Notes: generated by a model from the sequence alone, not told the origin. A stretch of DNA of 35,865 nt from Bacteroidales bacterium (GCA_017444905.1 JAFSVP010000141.1:1-35865); one strand, 5' to 3'; shown: positions 16,455 to 27,400, numbered from the stretch's first letter. Translations and numbers: made by a program.

Positions 16455-18545
16455 TTACTGAAGTATGTTTCTGAGGATTCCGCTGGCGGCGAGGGCTGCG
16501 CCTTCACCGGCTCCCTTTATTACGAGGGGCAGGCTTTCGCCGTAATGTATGACTGTGACGTTCTCGGTGCCGCTTATCCAGTAGAAGGGGCTCTCGACGC
16601 CCACCAGCTTCATACGGATTTCGGCCTTGAACCCGCCTGGAGCCGAAGGGTCGCGGCGGAGCGAGGCCACGAAGCGCTGACGCATACCCATCTCGTCGAG
16701 CTCGTCCTCCCTCTTTATGAAGTAGGGCTCGTCTTCCACCAGTTTGCGGTAGAAGTCTTCCACGCTGCCTTCGAAGAACTCAGGACCAAGCATGGGGATG
16801 ATTTCGACATCCTTCTCTTCGAGCTTCACGCCCGCCTCGCGGGAGAGTATGAGCAGCTTGCGGAGGGCATCCTTGCCGGCGAGGTCGGTACGGGGGTCTT
16901 TCTCCGTAAGGCCCTCTTCCTGAGCGCGTTTCAGCAGGGTTGCGAAGCTGTCGCTGCGGGTTCCGTCGTAGCCGGTGATTATGTAGTTGAGGGTGCAGGA
17001 GACTACGGCCTCTATGCAGGTGATGCCGCCTCCGAACCTCGCTCCGCCCGCCACCGATTCGAGGATGGGGAGGGCGTTGCCGACGGTGGTGTCGTAGCGG
17101 AAGAAGCAGCCGTTCTCAGATGCAGCCGCCTTGAGGGCCGCGTAATCGGGATAGGGGATTGCGAGCGAACGGCGGTTGGACGTGACGATATTGACGCCGG
17201 CCTGCATCAGGGGCACGAACTTGCGCCAGATTTCCTTGCTGTTGGTGCAGTCGACGAAGACGGAGCGCCTGCGGGCTGTGGCTATGACCTTGTCGGCAAA
17301 GCCGCGGTCGGAAGAAATCTCCACGAGGTTTATCTGCCTTCCGGCATCGGGGAATTTGCCTCCGGCGGCGTCGATTATGCCCTTGAGGGCCGTTCCGACT
17401 GCTCCGGCGCCCGCTATGTACACGTCCACGGTAGTGAGGGCCCTCTCTTCGAAGAATTCGCGGTGGATGGCCGCCACGGCGGCGCGGGACACGTTAGTGC
17501 GCACGGTGACGAAGAAGTTGAGGCAGTCTTCGTCTCGCACCTCGTCAAGAGGCCTGATGCCGGCATCGGAGAGTGCCGTAAGTATGCGTCTGTATGTACT
17601 TTCCGCGTTGATGGGGCCCTCGCCGGTAAGGCAGATGAGGGTGGTGCCGGAGATGGGGTCGTCGAGATTGGCGACGCCCTTCCATTCCCTTACCTCCGAA
17701 GCCTTGCCGCAGATGACGGTGCCGGGATTGGCGGGGTCGAAGGTGTTGCGTATGTTGATGTCGATGCCCTTGTCGCGGGCGGGGACCACGGTGGGCGCGT
17801 AAAGTACCTTGGCACCGTAGCGGGCCATGTCGAAAGCGGCCCTGTAGCTCATCGTGGCTATGGTGCGGGCGGCGGGAACCACCTTGGGATTGGTGGTCAT
17901 TATGCCGGGAACGTCGGTCCATATCTGGAGGTCGGCCTTGCCGCAGGCGGCGGCGAAGATGGCGGCGCTGTAGTCGGAACCTCCCCGGCCCAGGGTAATC
18001 ACGCGGCGTGAAGTGTCGCCGGCGATGAAGCCCGGAGCGACGAATATCCGTGTAGAGGGTGAAGCGTCCAGGGCCTTCCTGATGCGCTCGCAGGTGTGTT
18101 CGAGCCTGACGGGGCCGCCGACAGAACCTTCGCCGGGTTCGGTCAATATGAGTTCGCGGGAGTCGAGCCATTTCGTGGCATAGCCCTCGCCGGAGAGCTT
18201 ACGGGCAAGGATGCGGGTTGAAAGGACCTCGCCGTACGACTCGAGGACGGGCGGGATACGCCTGATTTCCGAGAAGGTGTCGAGACAGTCGGCAGTAGTC
18301 TCTTCCCTCTCCTTGCCGGTAAAAAGCCTGCGGATGATGGCCAGATGCTTGTCCTGCAGGGCGTTGATAGCCTTTTCAGGGTCCTGTTCGCGGGCTATTG
18401 CAAGCAGGGCGTCGGTGCAGCCCGAGATGGCCGAGCTCACCACTATCACCCTGTCGCGGGCGGCCGCCTCCTCTATTATGTCGAGCACGCGGGACATCGC
18501 AGTGGCGTTTGCCACCGACGAGCCGCCGAATTTCATTACTATCAT
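16455..18545 (-). CDS. thrA: Bifunctional aspartokinase/homoserine dehydrogenase (compact form)
   Basis: MKFGGSS, TLGRGGSDYSAA, WTDVPG, then GAGAVG, VDCT, TTVGNALP, E.DPR.DL.G.D..RK and GAGEG. Start set at MIVMK, downstream of the promoter. Confidence 0.9.
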   Translation of the reverse strand: MIVMKFGGSSVANATAMSRVLDIIEEAAARDRVIVVSSAISGCTDALLAIAREQDPEKAINALQDKHLAIIRRLFTGKEREETTADCLDTFSEIRRIPPVLESYGEVLSTRILARKLSGEGYATKWLDSRELILTEPGEGSVGGPVRLEHTCERIRKALDASPSTRIFVAPGFIAGDTSRRVITLGRGGSDYSAAIFAAACGKADLQIWTDVPGIMTTNPKVVPAARTIATMSYRAAFDMARYGAKVLYAPTVVPARDKGIDINIRNTFDPANPGTVICGKASEVREWKGVANLDDPISGTTLICLTGEGPINAESTYRRILTALSDAGIRPLDEVRDEDCLNFFVTVRTNVSRAAVAAIHREFFEERALTTVDVYIAGAGAVGTALKGIIDAAGGKFPDAGRQINLVEISSDRGFADKVIATARRRSVFVDCTNSKEIWRKFVPLMQAGVNIVTSNRRSLAIPYPDYAALKAAASENGCFFRYDTTVGNALPILESVAGGARFGGGITCIEAVVSCTLNYIITGYDGTRSDSFATLLKRAQEEGLTEKDPRTDLAGKDALRKLLILSREAGVKLEEKDVEIIPMLGPEFFEGSVEDFYRKLVEDEPYFIKREDELDEMGMRQRFVASLRRDPSAPGGFKAEIRMKLVGVESPFYWISGTENVTVIHYGESLPLVIKGAGEGAALAASGILRNILQ

Positions 18546-18567
18546 ACTAACCGTTATTGTAATCGAA

Positions 18568-18575
18568 CAAAGATA
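18568..18575 (-). promoter_or_regulatory. -7 promoter element for thrA-dapB-dapA
   Basis: TATCTTTG on the minus strand, 22 nt upstream of the ATG at 18545. Confidence 0.65.
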
Positions 18576-18592
18576 GTAATTATTCACGAATT

Positions 18593-18629
18593 GGGGCGCA
18601 CCCGGGCGATAATTGCCCGGATGCGCCCC
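18593..18629. terminator. GC-rich hairpin, probable terminator of the remnant ORF
   Basis: GGGGCGCAcCCGGGC-gataatt-GCCCGGaTGCGCCCC. Confidence 0.55.
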
Positions 18630-18655
18630 GATTCTTGCCTTCAGGGGCGGCGGAA

Positions 18656-18823
18656 TTATTTGAGCAGCGCCCTGGTGAAGACGACCTTTACACCACGGGA
18701 GTCGGTAAGGGACATCTGCTTGCTGGTCGCCGTACCCTTGACCCAGTCTTTTTCATCCTCTCCAAACTTGACGGATTCGACCTGGCTCTCGGTCTTGCCG
18801 GATGAAAAAGCGCAATCGTTCAA
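18656..18823 (-). pseudogene. Probable 3' remnant of a protein gene (or a 55-aa small ORF with TTG start)
   Basis: Reads ..SGKTESQVESVKFGEDEKDWVKGTATSKQMSLTDSRGVKVVFTRALLK* with host-like codons and a hairpin after the stop. No convincing start. Confidence 0.55.
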
Positions 18824-18833
18824 AACAGTTTCT

Positions 18834-18841
18834 TATCTTTG
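18834..18841 (+). promoter_or_regulatory. -7 promoter element for murB
   Basis: TATCTTTG, 8 nt before the ATG at 18850. Confidence 0.7.
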
Positions 18842-18849
18842 CGGGCGGT

Positions 18850-19848
18850 ATGGAAATTTTTCGCGATTACGACCTCTCGCTGCACAACACCTTCAGGATG
18901 AAGGTCCGCTGCGCCTGCTTCGTGGAATACGACTCCCCGGACGAGCTTCTTTCGCCGGAGCTGGAGACTCTGCCAAAGCCCTTCAAGCATATCGGCGGCG
19001 GAGCCAACCTGCTGTTTACCGGCGATTTCCCGGGCACGATTCTGCATTCCCGCATCAATCATATCAAGTACGTGGATATGGGCCTCGACGAGGTTCCGGT
19101 AATCGTGGGCGCCGGCGTAGTGTGGGACGAATTCGTGGAGCAGACCTGCCGCCACGGCCTTTGGGGAGCTGAGAATCTCTCGCTCATTCCGGGCGAGGCA
19201 GGAGCGGCCGCAGTGCAGAATATCGGGGCCTACGGAGTTGAAATCAAGGATATCATTTCCGGGGTGTCGTGCTTCGACAACGTCGAGCGAAAGCGCTGCA
19301 AGTTCACCGCTGCCGAGTGCGGATACGGCTACCGCGACTCCATGTTCAAACAGTCCGGAGGCCGGTATACGGTGCTTTCGGTGCTCATCCGCCTTTCGCG
19401 CAAGCCACGTCCGAGGCTTGAATACAAGGGACTCGAAGGCATTGACGCTTCCGGCCCGATGGCGGTCCGCAATGCGGTTGTGGCTCTCCGGCAGTCGAAG
19501 CTCCCCGACCCGGCCGAGACGGGCAGCGTCGGCTCGTACTTCAAGAATCCGGTCGTGACCGCCGACGTTCTGGCAAGGGTATCGGATGCCGCAGGCGGGG
19601 CGAACGTGCCGCATTACATCCTCCCCGGAGGCTTCGTGAAGATTCCGGCAGCCTGGCTCATAGATAGTTGCGGGCTCAAAGGGAGCAGCGAGGGAGGCGC
19701 CGCCGTGTATGAGCGCCAGGCCGTGATTATCATTAACCGCAGTGGCGACGCCACGCCCTCCGACATCCTCCGGCTCGAGAAGCGGGTTACCGACACCGTA
19801 TTCTCGCGCTACGGCATCGCCCTCGAGCGCGAAGTCGAATACGTGTGA
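18850..19848 (+). CDS. murB: UDP-N-acetylmuramate dehydrogenase
   Basis: HNTF, GGGANLLF, ENLSLIPG..GAAAVQNIGAYG, YRDSMFK, GSYFKNP and LEREV. Confidence 0.96.
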   Translation: MEIFRDYDLSLHNTFRMKVRCACFVEYDSPDELLSPELETLPKPFKHIGGGANLLFTGDFPGTILHSRINHIKYVDMGLDEVPVIVGAGVVWDEFVEQTCRHGLWGAENLSLIPGEAGAAAVQNIGAYGVEIKDIISGVSCFDNVERKRCKFTAAECGYGYRDSMFKQSGGRYTVLSVLIRLSRKPRPRLEYKGLEGIDASGPMAVRNAVVALRQSKLPDPAETGSVGSYFKNPVVTADVLARVSDAAGGANVPHYILPGGFVKIPAAWLIDSCGLKGSSEGGAAVYERQAVIIINRSGDATPSDILRLEKRVTDTVFSRYGIALEREVEYV

Positions 19849-19911
19849 GAAGCCGATTACGAGTATTGAGCTGTTTTGCAAAAAAAATTTTGCAGATTAA
19901 AATATTTGACT

Positions 19912-19919
19912 TACATTTG
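19912..19919 (+). promoter_or_regulatory. -7 promoter element for tRNA-Gly
   Basis: TACATTTG, 10 nt upstream of the tRNA, with an upstream TTTG (-33-like) near 19889. Confidence 0.75.
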
Positions 19920-19929
19920 CAGTCCCATC

Positions 19930-20002
19930 GCGGAAATAGCTCAGTTGGTAGAGCGCAACCTTGCCAAGGTTGAGGTCGCGGGTCCGAATCCCGTTTTCCG
20001 CT
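19930..20002 (+). tRNA. tRNA-Gly(GCC)
   Basis: GCGGAAA...TTTCCGCT acceptor stem, TAGCTCAGTTGGTAGAGC D-arm, CAACC-TTGCCAA-GGTTG anticodon arm. T-loop reads TCCGAAT. Confidence 0.97.
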
Positions 20003-20402
20003 CAAACGTTGAATGACAGCCCTCGTGGCTGTCGTTCGGTGTTTATAGGACCGCCGGTGGCCGTGCCCGCGGCCTCAACCGCCCCCCCGAGGGGGAAAGC
20101 AGCGCAGCTGCAGGGGGGGTAACGTAAAGAAGAAGACGAAGCTTGCTTCGTCGCGGGTCCGAATCCCGTTTTCCGCTCAAACGTTGAATGACAGCCCTCG
20201 TGGCTGTCGTTCGGCGTTTATAGGACCGCCGGCGGCCGTGCCCGCAGCCTCAACCGCCCCCCGAGGGGGAGAGCAGCGCAGCTGCAGGGGGGTAACGTAA
20301 AGAAGATGACGAAGCCTGCTTCGTCGCGGGTCCAAATCCCGTTTTCCGCTCAAACGTTGAATGACAGCCCTCGTGGCTGTCGTTCGGCGTTTATAGGACC
20401 GC
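19975..20402 (+). repeat. tRNA-linked tandem repeat, ~2.5 units of 173-175 bp, each beginning with the last 28 nt of tRNA-Gly
   Basis: Units start at 19975, 20150 and 20323 with gtcgcgggtcc(g/a)aatcccgttttccgctcaaacg. Units are near-identical; the third is truncated at 20402. Confidence 0.95.
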
Positions 20403-20454
20403 ATTCCATCTTGTCATAGTAATATATTACCTTTGCCAAATCAAAAGCCTGCTT

Positions 20455-21417
20455 ATGAAATCAAGAAAGCGCACAGGATGTCTCGCGGTTGTCGCGGCGG
20501 TAATCCTCATAACTCTGTATATCGTCCTCGGACCCGGAATAAAGCTTACCGCACCGATGATGAAACTCATACTGAAGGCCGGCATCAAGGAGCCGGCGGA
20601 AACCTCCCTTGCCGACAAATACGACAGGAAGACGGGCATCCCGTATGTGACTAACGGCGACCCGGCGCAGGTCCTGGACATTTATTACGCCGACAGCACG
20701 AATCGACTGGATGCAGTCCTGATTGACATCCACGGGGGTTTTTATGTCGCAGCGAAGAAAGAAGGGAACCGGAACTTCGCAGCGACGTTCCTGAGTGAAG
20801 GCTTCGACGTTGTGCTTGTGGAATACCGGCTGAACGACGGAACCAGGGACGTCTCCGACGAACTCTCCGACTGTGCTGCAGCCCTCGATTATCTCACGGC
20901 ACACGCCGGAGAGCTGGGCCTCAACAGGGACAGAATGTTCCTCACAGGCGATTCGGCAGGAGGACATATGGCGCTTTATATGGCGGAAGGTGCCGCCGAC
21001 AGTTCCGTGCCCGTCAGGCCTGAGGTATTCAGGCCCGCCGGAGTACTCGTAAACTGCCCGGCCTATGATTTCGGGGCGTTCGGAGACGCCAGAGAATACG
21101 CCGACGATTTCAAGGCGTGGTTCCTGGGCCCCCGCTTCCGCGACAGGGCCTATCTGGAGTCGCTCTCGCCCAGAACCTTCATCGGAAGCCTTGAAGCGCC
21201 ACTCTTCGTTTCCACCTGCACCAACGACTTCATCAGGAGTCAGTCACTGATGCTCAAGGCCGACTGCGATTCCATAGGAAAAGCCGTTACCTTCATCGAC
21301 ATCAAGTCCGGAGACATGAAGGTTGGGCACGTTCACAACGTCACCGACACCGGCCTCCCGGAATCACGGGAAGTCAACGGGGCGATGGTCTCCTTCATGA
21401 AAGCGCAGGGACTTTGA
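20455..21417 (+). CDS. Membrane-anchored alpha/beta hydrolase (HSL/GDXG esterase family)
   Basis: N-terminal basic + TM segment, LDIY, HGG oxyanion motif, GDSAGG nucleophile, candidate Asp (NDFI) and His (GHVH). Promoter TACCTTTG at 20428-20435. Confidence 0.9.
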   Translation: MKSRKRTGCLAVVAAVILITLYIVLGPGIKLTAPMMKLILKAGIKEPAETSLADKYDRKTGIPYVTNGDPAQVLDIYYADSTNRLDAVLIDIHGGFYVAAKKEGNRNFAATFLSEGFDVVLVEYRLNDGTRDVSDELSDCAAALDYLTAHAGELGLNRDRMFLTGDSAGGHMALYMAEGAADSSVPVRPEVFRPAGVLVNCPAYDFGAFGDAREYADDFKAWFLGPRFRDRAYLESLSPRTFIGSLEAPLFVSTCTNDFIRSQSLMLKADCDSIGKAVTFIDIKSGDMKVGHVHNVTDTGLPESREVNGAMVSFMKAQGL

Positions 21418-21440
21418 GTCCCTGGCTTTCAAGAGGATAA

Positions 21441-24400
21441 TTACTCATGCAGGTAGCCGAGGCTACGGAGCATATCGAATATCATGTCGACATACCCGCG
21501 CGAGGTCTGGTCCCAGCTGAAGCCCAGACGGTGCAGGACCTGCATCGTATAGGATATGGAAGGAGGATTACCCAGGGATTCGAGGCTTCCGGACTTGGCA
21601 TAAGCGAGGAGAGCTGAAAGCTGGCGGGCCTTGTCGGGATCCTGCTTGGCTACGTCAAGCAGCTGCAGGAACTCTTCCATCTCAACGTAACGCACTCCGC
21701 CAAGGCGGCTCACCACGTCATCGAAGGGCAGCAGATGGTCGTTGGACACGTTGAACACGCAGCATTCGCGTGGTGTCTCGCTCAGAAGGACCATTGCACG
21801 GGCGGTCTCGTCGATGGGCGAGAACTCCATCTTTGCTTCAAGCATTGCATACGGGAAGGCGCCTATCAGCTGGAAGGAGTGCAGACGGCCCATTGCGGAG
21901 TTGGCGCTGAAGTTCACCTGGAATTCACCGTCCTCGGCGCGGGGCGACAAGTTGCCGGCACGCATAATCTTGGCGTCCAGCTTGCCCTCGGCCATATTCT
22001 GCAGGATAATCCTTTCAGCCAGGAACTTGGAGTGGGCATACTGGTTGTCGACATTCTGCCCGAAGTACAAGCTCTGCTCGGTGAGCTGCTGCATGGTGCT
22101 GGCGGATGACGCCTCGCCGGCAACGCTCTCGGTGGAAACCTGGACGAGGCGGGCTCCGGTGCGGACGCAGAACTCGACAAGATTCTTCACTCCTCCGTAG
22201 TTCACGTCCATGATATCGGTGCCCTTGCTGAAGTGCTTCACGTTGGCGGCGCTGTTCAGGACCATGTCGATGCCCTGTCCTTCAAGAGCCGCAAGGGTGT
22301 CGGGACGGGTGATGTCACCCTCCACCACCTTGATGCGGCCGCCTATGAGCTGACGGTAATTCTTGCGGAAATAATAGACCAGCATCTCGGACAGCCTGCG
22401 CTCGGCGGTGAGGGCTCCCTTGCCGCGGAGCAAACACCAGACCTCCGTGTCTTCACCGGTATGTTCAAGCAACTCCCGCAGCAGATGGATGCCCAGGAAG
22501 CCGGTGGCGCCGGTAAGGAGTATGCGTTTGCCCAGAGGCTGCGGCTTGCCGGATGCAAGCGCCTGCAGAGAATTGCCTTCAAGCAGATGGTTGATGGCGG
22601 AATAGTCGTAGGAAGCGACGTCGGTATCGGCGGGACCTTCTTCTCCGCCGCCAAGGAAGGCGGCGAGACTTCTCGGAGTAGGATGCGAGAACACGTCGCC
22701 GTAGGAGAAGCGCAGACCTGCCTTCTCGGCCTTTACAAGCACCTGGGTCACAAGCAGTGAAGTTCCGCCAAGGTCGAAGAAACTGTCGGTGGCGCCGACG
22801 CGCTCGCATTCCAGCGTACGGGCGAAGATTTCGCAGAGCGCCTTCTCGGTTTCTCCGACAGGCTCGACATAGTCTCCGCCGGCCTGGACCACGGGGGCGG
22901 GAAGCGCCTTGCGGTCCACTTTCTGGTTGACGTTCAGCGGGATATGCTCTATCTGGTTGATGGAGGCAGGAATCATGTACGAAGGCTTGCGCTCTCCGAT
23001 GAAGGCGCCCAAAGCAGAGTTGTCAAGCTTGCCTTCGTACACCACGTAGGCTGCTATGAACTTGCCGCCGGACGGGCTGTCGAAGGCCTGTACGGTGACT
23101 TCTTTCACTCCGGGATACTCCATTATGACGGCCTCGACCTCCTTGGTCTCGACGCGGAAGCCGCGTATCTTCACCTGTCCGTCGCGACGGCCCACGAACT
23201 CGATGTTGCCGTCGGTGCGGTAGCGGACGATATCCCCGGTGCGGTACACGCGGTCGTAGGGAGCCTCTGAGCAGAAAGGATTGGCCACATAGACTTCGGC
23301 GGTCTTGTCGGGCCTTCCAAGATAGCCGCGCCCGACCTGAGGGCCGCTCACCAGCAGTTCGCCGGGAGCGCCGGCAGGCATACGCCTCATCCATTTGTCC
23401 ACTACATACAGATGCAGGTTGCCCAGAGGATGGCCGATAGGTATGTTCGCCTCGCGCTTGAGAACGTCAAATATGGTGGTGAAGATGGTACATTCGGTGG
23501 GGCCGTAGCCGTTGTGGAAGGCATAGGAAGGCGGATCCATACTCACCAGCTTTTCGCCTCCCACCGACAGGTGCTTCAGCACGGGGTTGTCGGGGAAGTT
23601 CCTGGCATACATCACGCCCACCTGGGTAGTCATGAAGCAATGGGTTACTCCGCTCTCCCTCAGGAACTTGTCGAGGGCCGAGAGGTCGTGACGGGTTTCC
23701 TCGTCGACGATGCACACGGCGGCGCCGGTGGTAAGTGCGGGCCACATATCCATCATACAGGCGTCGAAGCCGAAACTTGCGTAGGCTCCCACGCGGTCGC
23801 CCGGTTTCAGGCCGTAATACTCCCTGTACCAGCTGCAGAAGTTCACCAGGTTGCGGTGCTCCAGCATGCATCCCTTGGGCACTCCGGTGGTGCCGGAAGT
23901 GTACAGCAGGATGAAGAGATTCTCTGGAGCGGGGCCTTCGCCTGCGCTGCCTTCGGGCAGGGTGTCCAGCTGCGAAGTGAGCAGCACGGGGCCGTCATAT
24001 TCCGTAAGCACATCGCACAGGCTGTCGTCGGCTATCAACAGCCCTGCCGATGCGTCCTTTATCATAAAGTTGAGGCGCTCGGCGGGATAGGAAGGATCCA
24101 GAGGCTGATATGCGCAGCCGGCCTTGAGGGCACCGAGGGCCGTAACGGCCATCAGCTCGCTGCGGCTTATCAGTATGGAAACTACGCCCTCGCGGCCAAG
24201 GCCAAGCGAGGAAATGTATGCAGCAATGCGTTCGGACCTCTGGTCAAGCTCCTTGAAACTGAGCTGCTTGTCTTTGAACAGCACGGCCAGGGCATCGGGA
24301 GTGGCAGCCGCGGCTTTGCGGAAGAGCGACACGATGGTCTGCGCTCCGTCAACCTTACGGTCGTAAGCATTGAAGCCGTCAAGAGCCTTGAGCGTATCTG

Positions 24401-27400
24401 GACCGGAAAGAGGCAGGGCCTCTAGCGGACCGTCGGCAAGCAGGCCGCGGACGACTGTCTGCAGGCACTGTCCGAAGCTGCGGATGAGTTCTGGACTGTA
24501 CAGCGAATTGTCATAGCCAAGCGAGAACACCGGCTCCTCGGCAGTACCCTTCACGAAGATGCTCAAGGGGAACTTGGGAGCGCCTATTTCAAGGCTGGTG
24601 CCCGTGAGGGGCTGCCCGTTCACCTTGTATTCCGTGAGTATGCCCGCCTGGTAGGCGTACATCATCTGAGGCTGGAAGTCGAAGTCGGAGCTCAGGCGCG
24701 CAAAGGGATAGTCTTCGTGGGCGATGACACCGCTGAAGTCGGAATCGGTGCGGCGCAGGAACTCGTCCACGCTGATTCCGGCTCCGGGCTTGGAAGAAAT
24801 TGCCAGCGTGTTGACGAACATACCGAAAGTATCGGAGGTGCGCATATCGTTGCGGCCGTTGCTGACGGTACACATATACACGCTTTCCTTTCCGCTGAAG
24901 GCGGATGCGGCGAGGTAAACCGCTGCCAGGCAGTAACTTGCCTCGGAGATACCCAGCTGCTTGCAGCGCTCTGAAATATCGGCTCCCACGGGAAGTTCGA
25001 GATAGGCGCCGAGGCCTCTTTCTTCCGTGGGCTCAAGGTCGGGCAGAAGCGCTGCAGGCTCCTCGAAGCCTTCCATCACGCCGGCGAAGAAATCGCGTGC
25101 GGCGCTCATGTCGGCGCTCTGCTGGTCGGCGGCGTAGTTGAAGTAGCTGTATCCTTCCGCCTTGGGAGCGGTGCCGCCAAGAGCGGCAGTGAGCTCGGTA
25201 AGGAATATGTCGCAGGAGCGCCCGTCAAAGACGGTATGGTGGAAGTCCATGAAGAGGTGAAGCGCAGTGGGCGTTTTCACCACATTGATGCGGTAGAGCG
25301 GGCCTTTTTCAAGCTCGAAGGGCTGCACGAAGCCGGCGGCATAAGCTGGAATCTCTTCGTCTTTCAGCAGGACGAATCCCACCTCGGGTTCGGCTTCGAC
25401 CGGAACCTGACGCACCACTCCGCCCTCGGTGACGAAGTGCGTATTTATATAAGGATGGCAGCGGATGACATCCAGAACCGCCTGTCGCAGGGTATCGGGG
25501 TTCAGGTCTGCAGGGAAGGTCCAGTACTGGGGAATGTTGTAGAAGGTCTCGTGAGGGGCTTTCATACACTCGAACCAGATTCCGGTCTGCTGGCCGGTAA
25601 GTTCGGCGGGAGCGGCCGCGCGGTTCTGCTCCTGGGCACCGGCGCCACCCTTCAGCAGGGCTTTCAGCACCTCGTTCTCGATGGTCTGCAGCGATGCCGT
25701 GCGGGCAAAGTTGTTCATATCCACCTGGATGCCGTATTTCTTGTACAGCGCTGTGGCAAGACGGAGGGCGCTGAGGGAACTCAGGCCATACAGGTACAGG
25801 GGTTCGGTAAGGCCCACGCCCTCTATCTGGACGGTTTCTGCAATCAGCTCTGCAAGCTGCTGCTCCAGCAGGTTGAGCGGAGCTGCCTCGGCAGGTGCGG
25901 AATGCTTCTCCGCCACCGGCTCCGGAAGTGCCTTGCGGTCCACCTTCTGGTTCACCGTAAGAGGGATGGCGTCGATTTGCATTATGACCGCAGGCACCAT
26001 ATACGGCGGTTTGCGGGAGGCTATGAAGTCGGCCAGAGCCTTCTTGTCAACGGGCTCGGGGCCAACGATGTACGCAGCCAGGAACTTGCCGTTGCCACCC
26101 TTCTCGTCGAAGGCCTGCACGGTGACGTCGGTGATTCCGGAGAAATCGCGGATAACGGTCTCGATTTCTTTGGGTTCAATACGGAAGCCGCGGATTTTCA
26201 CCTGATTGTCACGGCGGCCGATGAACTCTATGTCGCCGTCGGCGCGGTAACGCACGATGTCGCCGGTACGGTAAACGTGACGGAAGTATTCGTCGTCTTC
26301 ATAAGGATTGTCTATGAACACCTCGGCTGTCTTTTCGGGCCTTCCAAGGTAACCGGGGCCCACCTGAGGGCCTGATACCAGCAGCTCTCCGGCGGCGCCC
26401 ACAGGCAGCAACGCTCCGCCCTTTGCCACCACGTAGGCGTGGACTCCGGGAAGGGGCTTGCCGATAGGGACGTTTTCTTCCTGCCTGGCGACCTTTTTGA
26501 ACACGACGTAGCAAGTGCTTTCGGTAGGGCCGTAGCAGTTGACCAGCTGATACTTGGGCAAGGCGATGGAAGGCATCTTCTCGCCGCCGGTGTAAAGGCA
26601 CTTCAGCGAAGGATTGTCGGGGTAGTTCAGCGCGAACTGGATGGCCACCTGGGTGGTCATCAGGGAGTGCGTGATACCGTTGGCAGTGAAGTAGGCATCG
26701 AGCTGGGCAAGGTCCAGACGGATTTCTTCGGGTATGACGTGAAGTGTGGCTCCCGCGACAAGCGCCGTGGAAAGGTCTCCCATAAAGGCGTCGAAACCGA
26801 AGCTGGCGTAGGCCGTCATCTGTGAGTCGGGGCCGACGGAAAGGTTCCGTGAGTTGTTGATACCGAAGGCGGTGACGTTTCCGTGCGTAAGCTGACAGCC
26901 CTTGGGCGTGCCGGTGGTGCCGGAAGTGTAAAGAAGGATGAAGAGGTTTTCCGGCTTCGGAGCGGGTGCCTCGGGCTTTCCTTCGGGCAGGGAGTAAATC
27001 TTGTCCGTACCGATGACGGGGCCTTCGTACTCCGTGACAAGCTTTTCCAGGCCGGGGTCGGCAATGAGCAGGGATGCGGAGGCGTCTTTTACCATAAAGT
27101 TAAGGCGCTCTGCCGGGTATGACGGATCCAGAGGCTGGTAGGCGCAGCCCGCCTTGAGGGCGGCCAGGGGCGCTATCATCATCCACTCGTTGCGTCCGAG
27201 GATGATGGACACTACGCCGCCGGGGGAAGTGAGCCTCAGAATCTCGGCGGCCAGATTGTCGGACAGGCGGTCAACGTCGGCAAAGCTGATTTTCTTGTCT
27301 TTATAAACGAGGGCGGTGTCACCGGGGCGGGCAGCAACGTTCTCCTTGAAATAATCCAGCACGTTCCTGCCGGGGTTGGCATCCTCGATGGGGCCGGGAT

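Noticed and set aside
19975-20402. Possible CRISPR array
   Set aside because: Whole units are near-identical with no unique spacers, the period is ~175 bp, units derive from the tRNA end, and no cas genes are present.
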